A stretch of DNA of 50,943 nucleotides from Chromera velia (lineage: Eukaryota). Below are positions 39,180 to 47,956 of the stretch, in pieces. The position numbers and the translations under genes are program-made. A model generated the notes under the pieces. That model was not told where the DNA came from and ran no database searches. It worked only from the letters and a program-made list of their open reading frames with translations. Numbering within the stretch: the stretch's first letter is position 1; every line of letters starts with the position of its first letter. The stretch lies in assembly GCA_018398765.1 (NCBI GenBank), contig JAHBMJ010000282.1, positions 1-50,943 on the forward strand, read 5' to 3'.

Positions 39180-39382
39180 CTATGAGTCGGTTCATCAACA
39201 AATAGTTGACTATAGCAACTATAGCTATACCTCTATATTTTATAGTCAAAATAGTAAACTATAACTAGAAAAAATAGTTGAAATAGTTAACTATTCTTAC
39301 TATTTAATTTATAGTTAAAAATGAAGCGACTATCGGAAAATAGTTCATTATTCTAACTATTGTAATAGTCGCCGACCCATAG
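39180..39382. mobile_element. MITE-like AT-rich element
   Basis: 11-bp terminal inverted repeats CTATGAGTCGG / CCGACCCATAG (1 mismatch). The interior is packed with ACTAT/ATAGT motifs in both orientations. No exact TSD seen. Confidence 0.5.
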
Positions 39383-39789
39383 ATGCCGGCCTTTTATATA
39401 ACCGCAACACTGTACTGCAACACTGCCCACTGCCTCCTTACCTTCATGAATGCACACATCTATATATTTTTTTTTTTCGCAAATATATATTTTACTTTGT
39501 GGTCGTTTTTGTTAGATGTAAATGCTAGGCCCCTAAGCCCAGTCACCATCGTCTCTAGGGGCCTGCATTGCTGCAATCGATCCTGCTCAACTGAAACACC
39601 CCTCCACTGCCTGTCTGCGAGGTCGCCGCTCCCCCCGTATATAGTAGACAGATGCTTGTAGGATCACTCATGCATCTATATTCATCCAAAATGAATCGCA
39701 TGCAAAGAAAGAAATGAATTCAAAGCAAAACAAATCAAAGCAAACATACAAAACGCAACAACAGTATGGATCCAGTGAGACATGGATTG

Positions 39790-42700
39790 CTACATACCGA
39801 CTTGCATCTTCAATTCATTCCAGCACCGCTCGATCTCCTTTCTACGGAAACCTACAGCTTCAAGTTCCCTGAAAAGTGCCTGTCGCACCGTCCCAAACTC
39901 TACATCTAGACATAGTGAAAACAAGAACGCCCATTGCAAGTGACCTTTCAGGATTGCATGAGAGCGGGAATGCGGTTGAGCGGTCGAAGCATGAGCGAAA
40001 TGAGGAACACTCAGGTGAGCGCTTTCCTCACTCCTGTTGTTTTGTTTCCCTCTCATTCCGTTTGGATCCTTTGGTAGTAACCACAGCCGCAGGCCACACC
40101 CACATACTTACAGTTCAAACTGCAAAAAGTTTTCGGTCCTTTGCTTTTCTAGTATGCATTCCTTTGCATAAAAGTCCCTCTTTTATAATACAACACACAG
40201 TGGGTCTCTCTCCTGCGTGCATGCCAGTCGCGTCACAATAATACGATCGTCCATCCATCTGTGAATGAGACGAGCGCCGTCATTCATTTCCACCCTGTTT
40301 TGCTTGATCGCCCACTCTCTTTCTTTCAGCCCTGCTGTCAGGTTTGCAAGCGCTGGAGAGAGAGGTGATCCCTGCGCAAATCCTTCTCTCTGCCACATGA
40401 ATGCCCCACCCACCCCTAGACCCACCCTCACCACACATGTATCAAAGTCTTGCAGCACCACACGCAATACATCATCAAATAAAAATGCATCAGCATTCAA
40501 AAAGTTTCTATGCGTAGACACATAGGCCTGTACTTTTCGGTGTCCCACCTGAGTCCATCTTCTCCTATCCCTGCCTGCAGCATGAGACCGGAAGGATCTC
40601 TGAGCCACCACTTTGCCTCCCACTTTCGGTATAACCAGAAACCGCCCTCTTTTCTCTGAACGTAACTCTCTACACGCTGAATCAAGAAGGTGAGTGATAA
40701 GTGCACGGGGGACAGAGGGATAAAATTTTTTGATGTCTTTCACTGTGTATGTGACTTTTGAAGACTCTGGCATATCAGGGAAAAAGGCAGCGCGGTGAGA
40801 CCAGACGGATACGCATGGCAAAACAGACGTGCGCGAGTTAAATTTTACCACTGCTTTCATGAATTCAAATGGGGAAAACAACGCTGCATGAGGACTCAAG
40901 CCTTTGGGCAGAAGGAGCGCATTCAACATCTTGCACACCTTTGAATACACTTTCTTCCATCCGTCTTGCACATACAAAACAAGTGGTCACCACTTCAACT
41001 CTGCCAGCAAAGCGGGCTGTCCATTTGTAAACGTTTTCCATTTCAGCCATACAATTCCCAGTCCAAACACATGTCTCTTTGTCTTCCGTTTGTTCTGCCA
41101 TCCCTTGTTTTTCCTTTCTTCAGTTCCCTGCACGTCTCTTTCTTTTTCTTTTTTCCTGTTTCTCTCTTCTCCCTGTCCTTTCTTTTCCCCTTGCAGCGCA
41201 TAAATAAATTTCGGGTGAGAAGGATCAAAAAGGCGATGCATCACTTCATGCACCTCTTCTTCGGACAGACATACATAATCGGGCAGATCGACAAAGAGCT
41301 GACGCACTGCTTGACCATACACTTGAGGGCAGACAAAGGAGACATCGCCTGTACTTCTGTCTACCTGTGAGATCCGGTGAGATCACGCATGATCTCCTTA
41401 ACTCTGCAATGAGTTTTCCTGACGGGGGATTCACAAATGCTTCATCAGAGAATAAAGCGTCCTTTTGCAGTCGTTCTTCTAGTTTCTTTTCGTATCTTGC
41501 TGCCCATTCTTCTGCCATTCCTTCTTTTGTCCCTTTCAACTTCCTGTGTCTGTTTGTAACCAACCTCACTGCACTGACTACCTCTTGGGCCACCCTTGTG
41601 GCTGAAGATCTGAATCGAGAATTTGCATTCCAGTTTACTTCCATCTTACACATCTTTTGCACTCTCTCAGCCCTTGACCATGAGTCTACAACATACCCCT
41701 CAGTCAAGTTGAATCCATATTTTGCATGCAGATGCGCACACTTGTATGGGAGCTTCTCTGGTTGCAAGATGTCTTCTCTCTCCACCCACTTCTTCTCATT
41801 TATCAATATGCTCTTCAATGTGACTGCTCGTGTAGGTCTGAGTCGGATAAGCAACTTTCTTTCCTTTCCTTCTGCCTCATTCACCATCTCTTTCACGCCT
41901 TTCTGTACTACCTGTTTCACACTCTGAAATGCACTCAAAGGGACATGAAATTCTGCTTCCCCTGCTTGCTGCTGAATTTCTGAGAGTGCCCATCCTTTCT
42001 CTCGGCAGAGCCGTCCCACATTTCCCCAAAAAATCCCCCCGAAGAATGTCTCTGATGCTGACATGAAAAAACGCGAGACGATGGAAGTCAGGTCTTCTTT
42101 TGTCAGCTCAAGTCTTTTCAGTTGTGATCCCGTCTTCGGTCTTCTCGCTAGGGCTGCATGATGCCAAATTCAATACAAGTACCCCCCGATCCCTGTCCTG
42201 CCCTTCCCCGCATTCAATGCATCACACAGATACAAAAATACGTCTCTCGTCTCCGCCTGTTCTTCTCTTTCTAAACATTCAAACAGATGTTGAAAAAAAG
42301 TAATAGAAAGTGACGGTTTGGAAAAACCCCTTCCATTTCCCTTCCTTTCCCTCACCCCCTTCATATTCAGAGGAGGTCGAAGACAGTTGATGCTATGCAT
42401 CTCCACAGTAAACAGCAATCGGCGGTTGGGATTTCCCTCTCGATCCCTCACCACACAGAGAGGCCACATCGTAAACTCTGCTACTGTATCCTCATTCATC
42501 TCTTCATAGAGTGTTAACACTGCGCTTCTTCTCTCCGCTTCTGTTCGACTTTTCTTCGCTCTCACTGCACACCCTACATTTTGCTCCCATCTTACTCTCC
42601 TTGTTGCTATAGTTCACCCTATGTATTTTCCTTTTTTGAATGGTGAAAACAACATATACACAATGTCTATCTCCTCGTATGTCTTCCACAGATTCACTTT

Positions 42701-43042
42701 TGCCCCACACTCTTTAACTGCCTCTGCCGTTCTCTTTACATCAAATGCTCTCTTGCTCGAGTCCATATTCACCCACCACTGCGCCATCAACGTGAACGCA
42801 TCATCCGCTGCTGCCTGTACTTTTTTTTTTTTGCGGCCTTGAAGAGTTCCCTGCACCTGCTGCCCGCCCCCTTTGTCTCTATTTCTCTTTGTTTTCCTTT
42901 TTATTCCCAAATCTTCTTCGCACCCGCCCTGAATGGTGAAATGACGACGAGGCGCAGCCTGTAATCGCAGGAGTTCACATTTTTAGGACAATACGGGCAC
43001 TTGACGTCTATCTCTTTCTTTTAAAATTGGAGGAGCAACCAT
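39790..43042 (-). mobile_element. Degenerate Penelope-like retroelement with N-terminal GIY-YIG endonuclease and C-terminal RT (Chlamys/Naiad-type domain order)
   Basis: EN at about 42665-42365: IVYMLFSPFKKGKYIG*T..RRVRW..LYEEM..FTMWPL..E..I..LRPPLN. Linker SILINEKKW...PYKCA, a degenerate CxC at 41746-41738. VDRSTGDVSFVCPQVY is a DK-like motif. RT: WLKWK..KW*PL, motif A KDIKKFYPSV, long insertion, motif B QREGFAQGSPLSPALANL, motif C RWMDD. Thumb STAQPHSRSHAILKG..LFRELEAVGF..EI ends at the stop at 39790. Several frameshifts and stops; no introns; 5' boundary approximate. Confidence 0.85.
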
Positions 43043-43413
43043 CTAAGGGATAACAGTGCCTTCATTTCTTCTATCAACGTAATTCTCTGGTCTTCTTCCG
43101 TCAGATGTTTTTCCCCTCTTCTATCCACTTTACCAGCCACCCTTCCTAAACTTTTTTCCATAAAAGCACAACAAAACGAAAGAGAATATTCAAAAGAAAA
43201 AGTATGTATACCTTTCTCAGTTCCCTGCCCATTCCTTCCCCACTCACCCTCTTCACATCCCCTGCCCGTTGTTATTTCCGGTAAAACCTCATTTCTTTGG
43301 GGCTCTCAGCAGAAAGGCTGCCACTGACAGCAGCTCTGTGTCCGAAACCTGAAGAGGGATTATAAAAAAAGAAGAAAAAGATCGGAAATTTTCTTTTTTT
43401 TTTCTTTTTTTAG

Positions 43414-43447
43414 TTATGGAGTGCAGAGCCTAAGCTAAAACTAGAGC
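43414..43447. repeat. Right arm of the imperfect inverted repeat bracketing the retroelement
   Basis: TTATGGAGTGCAGAGCCTAAGCTAAAACTAGAGC is the reverse complement of the 38767-38816 arm without its insert. Confidence 0.7.
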
Positions 43448-44804
43448 AAAAGTTTAAAGTCCACTATGATAGTGCGTATGTCCAGGCGTATGTAGTTCAA
43501 TGATTATTAATTATTAGAGGTCATAAGAAAGTTTTTTCAAAAAAACGATCATTACATTTTTTTTTTTAATCATTATATTTTTTATAGCTTACAAATATGA
43601 ACTCAATAGTAGAATTTTATAAAATTCTAGCTGCAGTATGTTTACATATAGTCTATTTTAAGAAAATATATGAAAATAATCATACAAAAATTTATGTGAA
43701 TTTTTAAGATATCTGATATTTTTGAAAATCTTGAATCTTTCTGAGTTGCACTCTACTATGTAGCTTGGGTCTAGGTTTGGGTAGTAGTTGGATTTTAAGT
43801 ACCTCCGAGATCGTTTGAAGATGAACACATTTGATCTAACATTTGATTTTCGCAAATGCTCGCAAAAAAACTTGTTTTTTAAATTAGATTTACACTAAAA
43901 ATTAGACTAAAAATCTAATTTTGTAGGGTATAGTAGGGTATAGTACAGTGTATTAAGATGTATATAGGTGTTTGTGGAATATAGTGAAATTATTATTGTG
44001 GAACCTCATATTGTATGACATAGTATGACATGCTATGCAGTAAAAGAGATATTCAACCTGCTGATATCTGCTGATGCTGTGCTGCCTGGGAGCTTAGCGC
44101 TCCAACTGGGATTAGACATCCTTTAACTAACTAACTAACTAACTATACCTGCTCACATATATACGGAAATGTTCATATATTCAAGGAGCTAGGTACGTAC
44201 GTTCCCGGGCCGAATCTCCGAAATGTGAGTGTGCAGATACTATCACTAGTAGGGTTAACCAGGGCATCAAAAGATCCGTACTTTTTTTTTTGNCATTTTG
44301 AATTGTAGTTTGCATACATGCATAATGATCATGTGTCTTCGTGTTTTTTAGACTAGTTTAACTGTATGTTCCACTTCACCGAAGAATCGATCACAACTGA
44401 AGAATGACAGAGCTCAAGAGAGAAGCGAAAGTTGCATGGCGCGTCGCTCGGGCCCCGGCATGCATCCCTGCGCATGCTTTGAGCTAGACCCGAATATTCG
44501 GATCGGATCCCACAACAATTGACCGTGCATCCATGCATATGCATGCACGCAGAAACACGTACGTGCGGACGCGTAAACGGTAATATATATGTGCCACTCT
44601 TCAGCAGATCATGTATGGCTGAGTACAGCTAATTCAGTGATCTACGATCGAGATCGAAGAGAAGATTCCTCATGGAATTCTGACGAGGACGAGCAGTGCA
44701 AAAAGCCTCAAGTCCTCTGTATATGTTGTGCTCCAACTGTTGTTCACGTGCGTGAATACATAGCTAGATCAATTGACGTAGATTCATCTGACGGTACGTC
44801 TGCA

Positions 44805-46256
44805 ATGGACGCAGCCACACTGATGACTGAAGAAGCAGAGAGGAACGCAGGCGACCCCACGGAGTCTGTGGAAGTAGCCGAGAAGGAACCACATGGGGAA
44901 GAGGATCAGAAGGAAGAGGAAGAAGAGAAAAATCCGGAGTCTCTCCTGTGCATGCAGGAAGAGAACGTCTTCATTTATAGCGTCCTTCCTTTCCTGGACC
45001 CATTTGAGCTCACACATCTGCGCGTCCTCTGTCGGGCCCACCTCCGACACCTTCGAGAGGCCCTGAACCTTGGTGTTCGTTGCGATGGCGAGGAGGAGAT
45101 GGACGCTGTTGAGGAAACGTCCACTCAGGTAGACGGGCAGGGCGAGGGTGTTGATTGGCGTCAGATGAACGCGAACGTGATGAAGGGCTCCAACGGAGGC
45201 GGGGGGTGTTTCTACAAGATCGGCACCAAGTTCGACGCACAGCCCTGGCAGCTCCGCACGGTCTCCTCCTTGGTGAGCATCGCCTCTGGAAGGGAGCTGA
45301 AGGAGTGGACGCTGTGCCCATGGACGGGGGTGTCGCAGGATGGAGGGGAGTACAGATGGAACAACCCGGTGGTAAGTAAGTGGATGCGGGTATGGGGTGG
45401 ATGCAAAACCGGGGGGCCGATATACATCACATTTTTGAATGCCAAATGGAGTAGATGGCCGAATGTGATGAAAAACTGCTTTCCAGGATTGAAAAACTGC
45501 CAAGCCGTACAGCCATTCTGTTTCGATATCAGGCCAATGATGGATAGGTGAATCTAAGCTGATCCTCTGGAAGAAACGGCAGATGCAAGTGTCCTTCGAT
45601 CTGTGCTGAACAACTTACCCGCTGTATGGCGACCTCGATCAGACTGCTCCGTGTCCTCCACGCTGCGAACTTGAATGTTTGTTTGTGTCTAGCTGTCTTG
45701 CCTATCTGCTGGCCAACAAGTCATACATGTGCATCGATCCCATTCCTCTGATGCATGCATGATTGAGTTGCTGCAGGTGAACCTGTTGAACTTCAGAGAG
45801 TCCCGACGAGTGTTCCAGTCGGGGAGCAGCTGCTTCTTTGCGATTGACCTGGGGCCCTTCATGCGCATTGCCCCGACCGGGTACTGGATGAGACACGGGT
45901 CCTCGCAGAGACGGGCCCCCCGGTTCTGGCGTCTGGAGGCGTTGGAGGGCGTTGACTCTCTGAAGACAGAAGAGACGGGAGACGAAAGCGGAGAGGAGAA
46001 AGACGAAAAGTGGACGCTGCTGATGAGACACGTGGATGACAGGAGCATCGGGCCAGAGGGGGGCAGCAGCGCGCGCTTTGATTTGGGGGAAGAGAAGCTG
46101 AAGGAGCTGGAGGGAAAAAGGTTCAAAATGTTCCGTCTTGTGAAGGAGGGTGGAAGCGCGGCTCAAACAAACGATCCATACCTCCATGTGAACGGGTTTG
46201 AGCTCTTTGGGACGCTCTTCTTCAACCACGAAAACTCAGAAGCGAGGATCTGTTAG
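44805..46256 (+). CDS. F-box-like + HECTD1/BTB-associated galactose-binding-like (F5/8C, SUN-like) domain protein
   Basis: Exon 44805-45371 (donor GTAAGT; the start could be upstream at 44589) and exon 45777-46256 join in phase 0. F-box-like LLCMQEENVFIYSVLPFLDPFELTHLRVLCR. NGGGGCFYKIGT..WNNP and FAIDLG..IAPTGYWMRHG..PRFWRLEA..WTLLMRHVDD..FRL..YLHVNGFELFGTL resemble the HECTD1-type domain. A small middle exon may be missing. Confidence 0.7.
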
Positions 46257-47956
46257 ATTGCATGCATAAATAAATTTTAATAAAGACCAAGGCAATTTCT
46301 GGTTCAAACCATTGAGCGGCGATCTAGGCGGCGATTCTAACGATCCAGCCAGTAGAGCTACAGTAGAGTTAATGGGGTCAAGTCCCGGTTAACTCACTCA
46401 AGCACGAATCGAGATATGAATCAGTTTTAATACGCCAGTTTACGCATTTAAAGCGGCATTTTAGCATCCTTTTTTACGTTTTGAACAGAAAGATGATTAA
46501 TGAACACGGTCAAATTATCTAACATGGTATGTAAGTTGAATTAAGTTTAATGCCGCGTCGGTGACATATACAGTGGTATATCTGAGGCTTTTGACTACAG
46601 AAAAAAAATTAATTTTCAAGTTGAACAGGACTGATGATGATGATGATGATGATTGAGGGTCACTTTTCGAATGAATTTGAACTTTTGAAGCTAGTTTGAA
46701 GTAATCTGGGAAGTAACTTAATTTTAATTGCATGAATTAGCATCTATATGTCTTAATATGTGTACATGAATAGGGGGTGAAAGACGGAAACTGAATGTAT
46801 CTCATCATCTCGGCTTTGATCTGGCTATAGAGAAAAAAGACAAACAATCGAACAGTTAGTGTCATATGGTTGTAGAAGGTTTTTAGCTTCTAAGTTCTAA
46901 CATAGTGAGTTCTGTATATATCTGTATATAGGTGACCGGAGACTATTTTGCAAACTTTTGTTACCCCGAACTTTCCCTAGTCTTTTGGTACACTTGAGAC
47001 ACCCAAAGTCCTATGTTAAACGTTTGTGCACTATCTTCTACTCCAAATTACTCGAAAATAAGCAGTCATTCTCAAAAAGGATAACCACAGACTCGTACAG
47101 AATAAAGAGATGAAACAAACATTATAAAACAATACAAAACACCCACATACAACCAATTGAGAAGACGTGTACATTAGTGTGCATTGACTCTGCAAACTAG
47201 GTGAAGTACTCTATATGCAGAGTTCCAGAAGTTGGTCCGACCGGAGCTAACCAGAACTATGACAGTGAGGCTTTGCCCCCCCCCTTCCAAAAATTAAACC
47301 CACCGGGCCACGATCGAAGGCGCTCTGCATGGTCCCGAATTTGGTCGGACCCGGCCGTGCGCGGTCCGTAACGGACTCGCCGCGGAGTCTATCGGTACGT
47401 CAGATTCGTGACACACTCCCTGGCGGGCAGTCACGTTTTAGATGAGTGCCTCGACTAAAGTGCGGATCTAAGGGCTTTCAGATTTCCATGCATGCGCAGT
47501 CGACGCGGTTCTAACACGATGCGCTTTCGTTGATTGTCAGGGCCTCTCACATGTGATAAGGTGAGCTGCCCTCAGAGGGAAATATACATGCAGCGATCGA
47601 AAATTAAAATTTCTGTTCTCCTGAACGTTGGATCGAACACGTGCGTATATCTTCTGCTCTTTCTGACCGTCAGCTCTTCTTTCCAAAGAACCCCCGCAGG
47701 GATTGACATTGTGATCAATTTAAAGCGTAAGAGGTGCTGAGCAAAGACTCTTTGACTCGTGACCTCTGGGGTGGTCTGCGAAGTTTCCTTTCTCAGAGAA
47801 GAGAAGAGAGCCGTTTCGCCAGCTGCGTGTCCATCCCTCCTTCCAGGTTTGCTCCTTCTCTCTGTCCAAGGAGAAAAGTGAAACTTGGCAGAGCAAAGTA
47901 AGAGAGTCTAAGTGAACCTCTGGATCCGAGAAACAGTCTTTTTTCCAGAGTAAAAG

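Noticed and set aside
40183..40977. Telomerase RT or group II intron maturase
   Set aside because: Intronless and decayed, with an N-terminal GIY-YIG and a PLE-like thumb. I saw no TERT T motif and no group II intron RNA structure.
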